From assembly GCA_000004985.1 (NCBI GenBank), contig GG739231.1: a DNA stretch of 36,114 nucleotides; one strand, 5' to 3'. The notes beneath the pieces were generated by a model. That model had not been told where the DNA came from. It worked only from the letters and a program-made list of their open reading frames with translations, and made no database searches. Below, in pieces: positions 1-10,400 of this stretch (the first letter of the stretch is position 1; each line of letters opens with the position of its first letter). The DNA is from Naegleria gruberi. Its lineage: Eukaryota. Both the position numbers and the translations under genes were made by a program.

Positions 1-153
1 ACAATTTTGTAAATAGTTATTCTTCCAGTACTGGTTTAGTCAATTGTTCTACTATTTCTTCTATTGATTTGTCTTTAACCAACTTGGTGAGGTCATAAAG
101 AATACAAATCACTTTTTGGAGAAACACATCCAGCCTTTGCCTTTTCAGGGGAA

Positions 154-1014
154 TCATAAAGAGGAGTGGTGAGTACCAGATTTGGATTTGATTGGTTTAA
201 GTTCCTTATCAAAACATTGATTTCCATTGAAAGAGTGGTAGAGTAATGAGATGCCATAATCAATCAAAAAGAAATGACCATCATAGTTGACCACATTTAT
301 TTTTGAACTTGGTAACTGGCTCGCCTTCTAGAGTAGGTAACATTGCGATATAAAGTGTGAGAAAGGGTAGTTGAGTGATTTTAATGTCATTACTGAGATT
401 TTTTTGCAATAAGCATTCCATGATTTACCAAGATCGTTCTCTAAAACTCCTTTCCACAGTGAATCAGTTGTACTGGAAGAAACATCTTTTGCTTTTTCTT
501 TGAAGGAAAAATGTAGAGAGAGATCTATTTGAACTTTTGTTTCCAATGATTTTGACTCTGTTGGTTCCATTAGAGAGGACATAGCTTGTCTTAGATATTG
601 TTCAACCATATTTGAATCAGGTATCATGAATGATTGTAGGATATAATCAACCAATTGTCATGTTGATAACTTCCAATAAAGAACAATGAATGGCTTGTAC
701 TCAGACTATTATCAACAATAGCTTGCAAACAATACAGATTGGTCACTTCTCTATCTGTTGTCATTCCCAAAACGAATAGATTATTGTGTATTTCTGGCTT
801 AAGGTCTCTTTTAACTAGTTCTCTCACGTTTCTAGATAATGCTAATCGCATGATAAAAATTTAGATGATTCATAAATCTATCTTTGTTGTCTTCCCTTAT
901 TATCTTTAAAAGAAGCTTTTCATTGTATTGTTGAACTAGGACAGCATCCACTTGTAGTTCTGTTAAAGATTGCTGTATGTTTGTTGAGTAAACCTGGAAT
1001 TTGCTTATTGCTAT
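154..1014 (-). pseudogene. Protein-kinase-like relic, split over two reading frames with in-frame stops; probable kinase pseudogene or pseudokinase remnant
   Basis: Minus-strand frame A (codon starts ≡0 mod 3): IAISKFQVYSTNIQQSLTELQVDAVLVQQYNEKLLLKIIREDNKDRFMNHLNFYHAISII* (1014..832). This resembles kinase subdomains IV-V: hpNI…L…, then LVxEY. Frame B (851..624): MRLALSRNVRELVKRDLKPEIHNNLFVLGMTT…. This resembles the catalytic loop (V)HRDLKPEN with H replaced by K. Frame A again (657..154) is broken by TAG at 330-328: …DSLWKGVLENDLGKSWNAYCKKISVMTLKS…CYLL*KASQLPSSKINVVNYDGHFFLIDYGISLLYHSFNGNQCFDKELKPIKSKSGTHHSSL*. This resembles a Gly-loop/β3 stretch (LxxxLGxG…VAIKTLK), NILVxxxGxxKIxDFGLS, and a PIK activation-loop stretch. 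There are four disablements: TGA at 1015, a frame A→B switch at a T5 run (855-859), a frame B→A switch near 624-657, and TAG at 328. Motif spacing is abnormal. Gly-loop to DYG is about 45 residues, against about 110 in a normal kinase. Confidence 0.35.
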
Positions 1015-1489
1015 TCACCAACAGATTGTTGCACGATGAAAGTGCTGCAAGATCGAAAAGTGACTAAAATGGGTTGTAGTTTTTGGTAATTTTGTGGTTT
1101 CCTCATCTTTTTCAAGTTGGAGAGGATCTAGAGCTCTCAATATAAAAGACTTGTTATCAGTCTTTAGTTTGTAATAACTCAAAACAATGTTCAGATTCTC
1201 TTGGGATGGTTGTTTGACATACTCCAACAAGTGTTGGCTTCCCTTGTGTTGGTCTTCATTAAAAATAGAGCAATTCAATAATGAAAAGGTAATATTCATA
1301 GCTAACACCATTCTATTGAATGCCTCTTGTTTGGAGCAACCTAAAATGGTGGAGAGTTTGTCTAAATCCTCAACAACCTTATCTTGCACAGAAACTAGGT
1401 TCGATTCTTTGTTTAAATAATATTCAATCTCTTTCAAATAGTCATTATTTAACAAAGTTTCCGTGAGCTTGAAAGGTGTTTTGCAGTCT
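1015..1489 (-). CDS. 3' (C-terminal) portion of a protein-coding gene whose 5' part lies in the N run; hypothetical protein, family not recognised
   Basis: The minus-strand frame is open from the gap edge down to TGA at 1017-1015. It is 157 codons with globular, helix-like composition: …FKLTETLLNNDYLKEIEYYLNKESNLVSVQDKVVEDLDKLSTILGCSKQEAFNRMVLAMNITF…HLLEYVKQPSQENLNIVLSYYKLKTDNKSF…. The opposite strand (ORF 1187..1420, +) is W/C/F-rich, as expected for antisense. It may instead be the N-terminal part of the kinase-like locus downstream, since the same frame stays open for 60 more codons after the TGA. Confidence 0.4.
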
Positions 1490-4400
1490 NNNNNNNNNNN
1501 NNNNNNNNNNNNNNNNNNNNNNNNNNNNNNNNNNNNNNNNNNNNNNNNNNNNNNNNNNNNNNNNNNNNNNNNNNNNNNNNNNNNNNNNNNNNNNNNNNNN
1601 NNNNNNNNNNNNNNNNNNNNNNNNNNNNNNNNNNNNNNNNNNNNNNNNNNNNNNNNNNNNNNNNNNNNNNNNNNNNNNNNNNNNNNNNNNNNNNNNNNNN
1701 NNNNNNNNNNNNNNNNNNNNNNNNNNNNNNNNNNNNNNNNNNNNNNNNNNNNNNNNNNNNNNNNNNNNNNNNNNNNNNNNNNNNNNNNNNNNNNNNNNNN
1801 NNNNNNNNNNNNNNNNNNNNNNNNNNNNNNNNNNNNNNNNNNNNNNNNNNNNNNNNNNNNNNNNNNNNNNNNNNNNNNNNNNNNNNNNNNNNNNNNNNNN
1901 NNNNNNNNNNNNNNNNNNNNNNNNNNNNNNNNNNNNNNNNNNNNNNNNNNNNNNNNNNNNNNNNNNNNNNNNNNNNNNNNNNNNNNNNNNNNNNNNNNNN
2001 NNNNNNNNNNNNNNNNNNNNNNNNNNNNNNNNNNNNNNNNNNNNNNNNNNNNNNNNNNNNNNNNNNNNNNNNNNNNNNNNNNNNNNNNNNNNNNNNNNNN
2101 NNNNNNNNNNNNNNNNNNNNNNNNNNNNNNNNNNNNNNNNNNNNNNNNNNNNNNNNNNNNNNNNNNNNNNNNNNNNNNNNNNNNNNNNNNNNNNNNNNNN
2201 NNNNNNNNNNNNNNNNNNNNNNNNNNNNNNNNNNNNNNNNNNNNNNNNNNNNNNNNNNNNNNNNNNNNNNNNNNNNNNNNNNNNNNNNNNNNNNNNNNNN
2301 NNNNNNNNNNNNNNNNNNNNNNNNNNNNNNNNNNNNNNNNNNNNNNNNNNNNNNNNNNNNNNNNNNNNNNNNNNNNNNNNNNNNNNNNNNNNNNNNNNNN
2401 NNNNNNNNNNNNNNNNNNNNNNNNNNNNNNNNNNNNNNNNNNNNNNNNNNNNNNNNNNNNNNNNNNNNNNNNNNNNNNNNNNNNNNNNNNNNNNNNNNNN
2501 NNNNNNNNNNNNNNNNNNNNNNNNNNNNNNNNNNNNNNNNNNNNNNNNNNNNNNNNNNNNNNNNNNNNNNNNNNNNNNNNNNNNNNNNNNNNNNNNNNNN
2601 NNNNNNNNNNNNNNNNNNNNNNNNNNNNNNNNNNNNNNNNNNNNNNNNNNNNNNNNNNNNNNNNNNNNNNNNNNNNNNNNNNNNNNNNNNNNNNNNNNNN
2701 NNNNNNNNNNNNNNNNNNNNNNNNNNNNNNNNNNNNNNNNNNNNNNNNNNNNNNNNNNNNNNNNNNNNNNNNNNNNNNNNNNNNNNNNNNNNNNNNNNNN
2801 NNNNNNNNNNNNNNNNNNNNNNNNNNNNNNNNNNNNNNNNNNNNNNNNNNNNNNNNNNNNNNNNNNNNNNNNNNNNNNNNNNNNNNNNNNNNNNNNNNNN
2901 NNNNNNNNNNNNNNNNNNNNNNNNNNNNNNNNNNNNNNNNNNNNNNNNNNNNNNNNNNNNNNNNNNNNNNNNNNNNNNNNNNNNNNNNNNNNNNNNNNNN
3001 NNNNNNNNNNNNNNNNNNNNNNNNNNNNNNNNNNNNNNNNNNNNNNNNNNNNNNNNNNNNNNNNNNNNNNNNNNNNNNNNNNNNNNNNNNNNNNNNNNNN
3101 NNNNNNNNNNNNNNNNNNNNNNNNNNNNNNNNNNNNNNNNNNNNNNNNNNNNNNNNNNNNNNNNNNNNNNNNNNNNNNNNNNNNNNNNNNNNNNNNNNNN
3201 NNNNNNNNNNNNNNNNNNNNNNNNNNNNNNNNNNNNNNNNNNNNNNNNNNNNNNNNNNNNNNNNNNNNNNNNNNNNNNNNNNNNNNNNNNNNNNNNNNNN
3301 NNNNNNNNNNNNNNNNNNNNNNNNNNNNNNNNNNNNNNNNNNNNNNNNNNNNNNNNNNNNNNNNNNNNNNNNNNNNNNNNNNNNNNNNNNNNNNNNNNNN
3401 NNNNNNNNNNNNNNNNNNNNNNNNNNNNNNNNNNNNNNNNNNNNNNNNNNNNNNNNNNNNNNNNNNNNNNNNNNNNNNNNNNNNNNNNNNNNNNNNNNNN
3501 NNNNNNNNNNNNNNNNNNNNNNNNNNNNNNNNNNNNNNNNNNNNNNNNNNNNNNNNNNNNNNNNNNNNNNNNNNNNNNNNNNNNNNNNNNNNNNNNNNNN
3601 NNNNNNNNNNNNNNNNNNNNNNNNNNNNNNNNNNNNNNNNNNNNNNNNNNNNNNNNNNNNNNNNNNNNNNNNNNNNNNNNNNNNNNNNNNNNNNNNNNNN
3701 NNNNNNNNNNNNNNNNNNNNNNNNNNNNNNNNNNNNNNNNNNNNNNNNNNNNNNNNNNNNNNNNNNNNNNNNNNNNNNNNNNNNNNNNNNNNNNNNNNNN
3801 NNNNNNNNNNNNNNNNNNNNNNNNNNNNNNNNNNNNNNNNNNNNNNNNNNNNNNNNNNNNNNNNNNNNNNNNNNNNNNNNNNNNNNNNNNNNNNNNNNNN
3901 NNNNNNNNNNNNNNNNNNNNNNNNNNNNNNNNNNNNNNNNNNNNNNNNNNNNNNNNNNNNNNNNNNNNNNNNNNNNNNNNNNNNNNNNNNNNNNNNNNNN
4001 NNNNNNNNNNNNNNNNNNNNNNNNNNNNNNNNNNNNNNNNNNNNNNNNNNNNNNNNNNNNNNNNNNNNNNNNNNNNNNNNNNNNNNNNNNNNNNNNNNNN
4101 NNNNNNNNNNNNNNNNNNNNNNNNNNNNNNNNNNNNNNNNNNNNNNNNNNNNNNNNNNNNNNNNNNNNNNNNNNNNNNNNNNNNNNNNNNNNNNNNNNNN
4201 NNNNNNNNNNNNNNNNNNNNNNNNNNNNNNNNNNNNNNNNNNNNNNNNNNNNNNNNNNNNNNNNNNNNNNNNNNNNNNNNNNNNNNNNNNNNNNNNNNNN
4301 NNNNNNNNNNNNNNNNNNNNNNNNNNNNNNNNNNNNNNNNNNNNNNNNNNNNNNNNNNNNNNNNNNNNNNNNNNNNNNNNNNNNNNNNNNNNNNNNNNNN

Positions 4401-7400
4401 NNNNNNNNNNNNNNNNNNNNNNNNNNNNNNNNNNNNNNNNNNNNNNNNNNNNNNNNNNNNNNNNNNNNNNNNNNNNNNNNNNNNNNNNNNNNNNNNNNNN
4501 NNNNNNNNNNNNNNNNNNNNNNNNNNNNNNNNNNNNNNNNNNNNNNNNNNNNNNNNNNNNNNNNNNNNNNNNNNNNNNNNNNNNNNNNNNNNNNNNNNNN
4601 NNNNNNNNNNNNNNNNNNNNNNNNNNNNNNNNNNNNNNNNNNNNNNNNNNNNNNNNNNNNNNNNNNNNNNNNNNNNNNNNNNNNNNNNNNNNNNNNNNNN
4701 NNNNNNNNNNNNNNNNNNNNNNNNNNNNNNNNNNNNNNNNNNNNNNNNNNNNNNNNNNNNNNNNNNNNNNNNNNNNNNNNNNNNNNNNNNNNNNNNNNNN
4801 NNNNNNNNNNNNNNNNNNNNNNNNNNNNNNNNNNNNNNNNNNNNNNNNNNNNNNNNNNNNNNNNNNNNNNNNNNNNNNNNNNNNNNNNNNNNNNNNNNNN
4901 NNNNNNNNNNNNNNNNNNNNNNNNNNNNNNNNNNNNNNNNNNNNNNNNNNNNNNNNNNNNNNNNNNNNNNNNNNNNNNNNNNNNNNNNNNNNNNNNNNNN
5001 NNNNNNNNNNNNNNNNNNNNNNNNNNNNNNNNNNNNNNNNNNNNNNNNNNNNNNNNNNNNNNNNNNNNNNNNNNNNNNNNNNNNNNNNNNNNNNNNNNNN
5101 NNNNNNNNNNNNNNNNNNNNNNNNNNNNNNNNNNNNNNNNNNNNNNNNNNNNNNNNNNNNNNNNNNNNNNNNNNNNNNNNNNNNNNNNNNNNNNNNNNNN
5201 NNNNNNNNNNNNNNNNNNNNNNNNNNNNNNNNNNNNNNNNNNNNNNNNNNNNNNNNNNNNNNNNNNNNNNNNNNNNNNNNNNNNNNNNNNNNNNNNNNNN
5301 NNNNNNNNNNNNNNNNNNNNNNNNNNNNNNNNNNNNNNNNNNNNNNNNNNNNNNNNNNNNNNNNNNNNNNNNNNNNNNNNNNNNNNNNNNNNNNNNNNNN
5401 NNNNNNNNNNNNNNNNNNNNNNNNNNNNNNNNNNNNNNNNNNNNNNNNNNNNNNNNNNNNNNNNNNNNNNNNNNNNNNNNNNNNNNNNNNNNNNNNNNNN
5501 NNNNNNNNNNNNNNNNNNNNNNNNNNNNNNNNNNNNNNNNNNNNNNNNNNNNNNNNNNNNNNNNNNNNNNNNNNNNNNNNNNNNNNNNNNNNNNNNNNNN
5601 NNNNNNNNNNNNNNNNNNNNNNNNNNNNNNNNNNNNNNNNNNNNNNNNNNNNNNNNNNNNNNNNNNNNNNNNNNNNNNNNNNNNNNNNNNNNNNNNNNNN
5701 NNNNNNNNNNNNNNNNNNNNNNNNNNNNNNNNNNNNNNNNNNNNNNNNNNNNNNNNNNNNNNNNNNNNNNNNNNNNNNNNNNNNNNNNNNNNNNNNNNNN
5801 NNNNNNNNNNNNNNNNNNNNNNNNNNNNNNNNNNNNNNNNNNNNNNNNNNNNNNNNNNNNNNNNNNNNNNNNNNNNNNNNNNNNNNNNNNNNNNNNNNNN
5901 NNNNNNNNNNNNNNNNNNNNNNNNNNNNNNNNNNNNNNNNNNNNNNNNNNNNNNNNNNNNNNNNNNNNNNNNNNNNNNNNNNNNNNNNNNNNNNNNNNNN
6001 NNNNNNNNNNNNNNNNNNNNNNNNNNNNNNNNNNNNNNNNNNNNNNNNNNNNNNNNNNNNNNNNNNNNNNNNNNNNNNNNNNNNNNNNNNNNNNNNNNNN
6101 NNNNNNNNNNNNNNNNNNNNNNNNNNNNNNNNNNNNNNNNNNNNNNNNNNNNNNNNNNNNNNNNNNNNNNNNNNNNNNNNNNNNNNNNNNNNNNNNNNNN
6201 NNNNNNNNNNNNNNNNNNNNNNNNNNNNNNNNNNNNNNNNNNNNNNNNNNNNNNNNNNNNNNNNNNNNNNNNNNNNNNNNNNNNNNNNNNNNNNNNNNNN
6301 NNNNNNNNNNNNNNNNNNNNNNNNNNNNNNNNNNNNNNNNNNNNNNNNNNNNNNNNNNNNNNNNNNNNNNNNNNNNNNNNNNNNNNNNNNNNNNNNNNNN
6401 NNNNNNNNNNNNNNNNNNNNNNNNNNNNNNNNNNNNNNNNNNNNNNNNNNNNNNNNNNNNNNNNNNNNNNNNNNNNNNNNNNNNNNNNNNNNNNNNNNNN
6501 NNNNNNNNNNNNNNNNNNNNNNNNNNNNNNNNNNNNNNNNNNNNNNNNNNNNNNNNNNNNNNNNNNNNNNNNNNNNNNNNNNNNNNNNNNNNNNNNNNNN
6601 NNNNNNNNNNNNNNNNNNNNNNNNNNNNNNNNNNNNNNNNNNNNNNNNNNNNNNNNNNNNNNNNNNNNNNNNNNNNNNNNNNNNNNNNNNNNNNNNNNNN
6701 NNNNNNNNNNNNNNNNNNNNNNNNNNNNNNNNNNNNNNNNNNNNNNNNNNNNNNNNNNNNNNNNNNNNNNNNNNNNNNNNNNNNNNNNNNNNNNNNNNNN
6801 NNNNNNNNNNNNNNNNNNNNNNNNNNNNNNNNNNNNNNNNNNNNNNNNNNNNNNNNNNNNNNNNNNNNNNNNNNNNNNNNNNNNNNNNNNNNNNNNNNNN
6901 NNNNNNNNNNNNNNNNNNNNNNNNNNNNNNNNNNNNNNNNNNNNNNNNNNNNNNNNNNNNNNNNNNNNNNNNNNNNNNNNNNNNNNNNNNNNNNNNNNNN
7001 NNNNNNNNNNNNNNNNNNNNNNNNNNNNNNNNNNNNNNNNNNNNNNNNNNNNNNNNNNNNNNNNNNNNNNNNNNNNNNNNNNNNNNNNNNNNNNNNNNNN
7101 NNNNNNNNNNNNNNNNNNNNNNNNNNNNNNNNNNNNNNNNNNNNNNNNNNNNNNNNNNNNNNNNNNNNNNNNNNNNNNNNNNNNNNNNNNNNNNNNNNNN
7201 NNNNNNNNNNNNNNNNNNNNNNNNNNNNNNNNNNNNNNNNNNNNNNNNNNNNNNNNNNNNNNNNNNNNNNNNNNNNNNNNNNNNNNNNNNNNNNNNNNNN
7301 NNNNNNNNNNNNNNNNNNNNNNNNNNNNNNNNNNNNNNNNNNNNNNNNNNNNNNNNNNNNNNNNNNNNNNNNNNNNNNNNNNNNNNNNNNNNNNNNNNNN

Positions 7401-10400
7401 NNNNNNNNNNNNNNNNNNNNNNNNNNNNNNNNNNNNNNNNNNNNNNNNNNNNNNNNNNNNNNNNNNNNNNNNNNNNNNNNNNNNNNNNNNNNNNNNNNNN
7501 NNNNNNNNNNNNNNNNNNNNNNNNNNNNNNNNNNNNNNNNNNNNNNNNNNNNNNNNNNNNNNNNNNNNNNNNNNNNNNNNNNNNNNNNNNNNNNNNNNNN
7601 NNNNNNNNNNNNNNNNNNNNNNNNNNNNNNNNNNNNNNNNNNNNNNNNNNNNNNNNNNNNNNNNNNNNNNNNNNNNNNNNNNNNNNNNNNNNNNNNNNNN
7701 NNNNNNNNNNNNNNNNNNNNNNNNNNNNNNNNNNNNNNNNNNNNNNNNNNNNNNNNNNNNNNNNNNNNNNNNNNNNNNNNNNNNNNNNNNNNNNNNNNNN
7801 NNNNNNNNNNNNNNNNNNNNNNNNNNNNNNNNNNNNNNNNNNNNNNNNNNNNNNNNNNNNNNNNNNNNNNNNNNNNNNNNNNNNNNNNNNNNNNNNNNNN
7901 NNNNNNNNNNNNNNNNNNNNNNNNNNNNNNNNNNNNNNNNNNNNNNNNNNNNNNNNNNNNNNNNNNNNNNNNNNNNNNNNNNNNNNNNNNNNNNNNNNNN
8001 NNNNNNNNNNNNNNNNNNNNNNNNNNNNNNNNNNNNNNNNNNNNNNNNNNNNNNNNNNNNNNNNNNNNNNNNNNNNNNNNNNNNNNNNNNNNNNNNNNNN
8101 NNNNNNNNNNNNNNNNNNNNNNNNNNNNNNNNNNNNNNNNNNNNNNNNNNNNNNNNNNNNNNNNNNNNNNNNNNNNNNNNNNNNNNNNNNNNNNNNNNNN
8201 NNNNNNNNNNNNNNNNNNNNNNNNNNNNNNNNNNNNNNNNNNNNNNNNNNNNNNNNNNNNNNNNNNNNNNNNNNNNNNNNNNNNNNNNNNNNNNNNNNNN
8301 NNNNNNNNNNNNNNNNNNNNNNNNNNNNNNNNNNNNNNNNNNNNNNNNNNNNNNNNNNNNNNNNNNNNNNNNNNNNNNNNNNNNNNNNNNNNNNNNNNNN
8401 NNNNNNNNNNNNNNNNNNNNNNNNNNNNNNNNNNNNNNNNNNNNNNNNNNNNNNNNNNNNNNNNNNNNNNNNNNNNNNNNNNNNNNNNNNNNNNNNNNNN
8501 NNNNNNNNNNNNNNNNNNNNNNNNNNNNNNNNNNNNNNNNNNNNNNNNNNNNNNNNNNNNNNNNNNNNNNNNNNNNNNNNNNNNNNNNNNNNNNNNNNNN
8601 NNNNNNNNNNNNNNNNNNNNNNNNNNNNNNNNNNNNNNNNNNNNNNNNNNNNNNNNNNNNNNNNNNNNNNNNNNNNNNNNNNNNNNNNNNNNNNNNNNNN
8701 NNNNNNNNNNNNNNNNNNNNNNNNNNNNNNNNNNNNNNNNNNNNNNNNNNNNNNNNNNNNNNNNNNNNNNNNNNNNNNNNNNNNNNNNNNNNNNNNNNNN
8801 NNNNNNNNNNNNNNNNNNNNNNNNNNNNNNNNNNNNNNNNNNNNNNNNNNNNNNNNNNNNNNNNNNNNNNNNNNNNNNNNNNNNNNNNNNNNNNNNNNNN
8901 NNNNNNNNNNNNNNNNNNNNNNNNNNNNNNNNNNNNNNNNNNNNNNNNNNNNNNNNNNNNNNNNNNNNNNNNNNNNNNNNNNNNNNNNNNNNNNNNNNNN
9001 NNNNNNNNNNNNNNNNNNNNNNNNNNNNNNNNNNNNNNNNNNNNNNNNNNNNNNNNNNNNNNNNNNNNNNNNNNNNNNNNNNNNNNNNNNNNNNNNNNNN
9101 NNNNNNNNNNNNNNNNNNNNNNNNNNNNNNNNNNNNNNNNNNNNNNNNNNNNNNNNNNNNNNNNNNNNNNNNNNNNNNNNNNNNNNNNNNNNNNNNNNNN
9201 NNNNNNNNNNNNNNNNNNNNNNNNNNNNNNNNNNNNNNNNNNNNNNNNNNNNNNNNNNNNNNNNNNNNNNNNNNNNNNNNNNNNNNNNNNNNNNNNNNNN
9301 NNNNNNNNNNNNNNNNNNNNNNNNNNNNNNNNNNNNNNNNNNNNNNNNNNNNNNNNNNNNNNNNNNNNNNNNNNNNNNNNNNNNNNNNNNNNNNNNNNNN
9401 NNNNNNNNNNNNNNNNNNNNNNNNNNNNNNNNNNNNNNNNNNNNNNNNNNNNNNNNNNNNNNNNNNNNNNNNNNNNNNNNNNNNNNNNNNNNNNNNNNNN
9501 NNNNNNNNNNNNNNNNNNNNNNNNNNNNNNNNNNNNNNNNNNNNNNNNNNNNNNNNNNNNNNNNNNNNNNNNNNNNNNNNNNNNNNNNNNNNNNNNNNNN
9601 NNNNNNNNNNNNNNNNNNNNNNNNNNNNNNNNNNNNNNNNNNNNNNNNNNNNNNNNNNNNNNNNNNNNNNNNNNNNNNNNNNNNNNNNNNNNNNNNNNNN
9701 NNNNNNNNNNNNNNNNNNNNNNNNNNNNNNNNNNNNNNNNNNNNNNNNNNNNNNNNNNNNNNNNNNNNNNNNNNNNNNNNNNNNNNNNNNNNNNNNNNNN
9801 NNNNNNNNNNNNNNNNNNNNNNNNNNNNNNNNNNNNNNNNNNNNNNNNNNNNNNNNNNNNNNNNNNNNNNNNNNNNNNNNNNNNNNNNNNNNNNNNNNNN
9901 NNNNNNNNNNNNNNNNNNNNNNNNNNNNNNNNNNNNNNNNNNNNNNNNNNNNNNNNNNNNNNNNNNNNNNNNNNNNNNNNNNNNNNNNNNNNNNNNNNNN
10001 NNNNNNNNNNNNNNNNNNNNNNNNNNNNNNNNNNNNNNNNNNNNNNNNNNNNNNNNNNNNNNNNNNNNNNNNNNNNNNNNNNNNNNNNNNNNNNNNNNNN
10101 NNNNNNNNNNNNNNNNNNNNNNNNNNNNNNNNNNNNNNNNNNNNNNNNNNNNNNNNNNNNNNNNNNNNNNNNNNNNNNNNNNNNNNNNNNNNNNNNNNNN
10201 NNNNNNNNNNNNNNNNNNNNNNNNNNNNNNNNNNNNNNNNNNNNNNNNNNNNNNNNNNNNNNNNNNNNNNNNNNNNNNNNNNNNNNNNNNNNNNNNNNNN
10301 NNNNNNNNNNNNNNNNNNNNNNNNNNNNNNNNNNNNNNNNNNNNNNNNNNNNNNNNNNNNNNNNNNNNNNNNNNNNNNNNNNNNNNNNNNNNNNNNNNNN

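Noticed and set aside
21-480. 11-bp inverted repeat tcttccagtac (21-31) / gtactggaaga (470-480)
   Set aside because: About 0.3-0.5 such matches are expected by chance in 1.5 kb of AT-rich sequence. The flanks diverge immediately, and there is no further TIR-like or hairpin structure.
991-1017. Possible 25-nt mini-intron GTGAATAGCAATAAGCAAATTCCAG spanning the TGA at 1015
   Set aside because: Splicing it out, or using the alternative AG at 975, gives an immediate new stop and does not restore a continuous frame. There is no branch or polypyrimidine signal.
1187-1420. 77-aa + strand ORF MFRFSWDGCLTYSNKCWLPLCW…
   Set aside because: It lies antisense to the better-supported minus-strand coding frame. 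Its Trp/Cys/Phe-rich, low-complexity composition is typical of an antisense artefact. There is no start context or motif.
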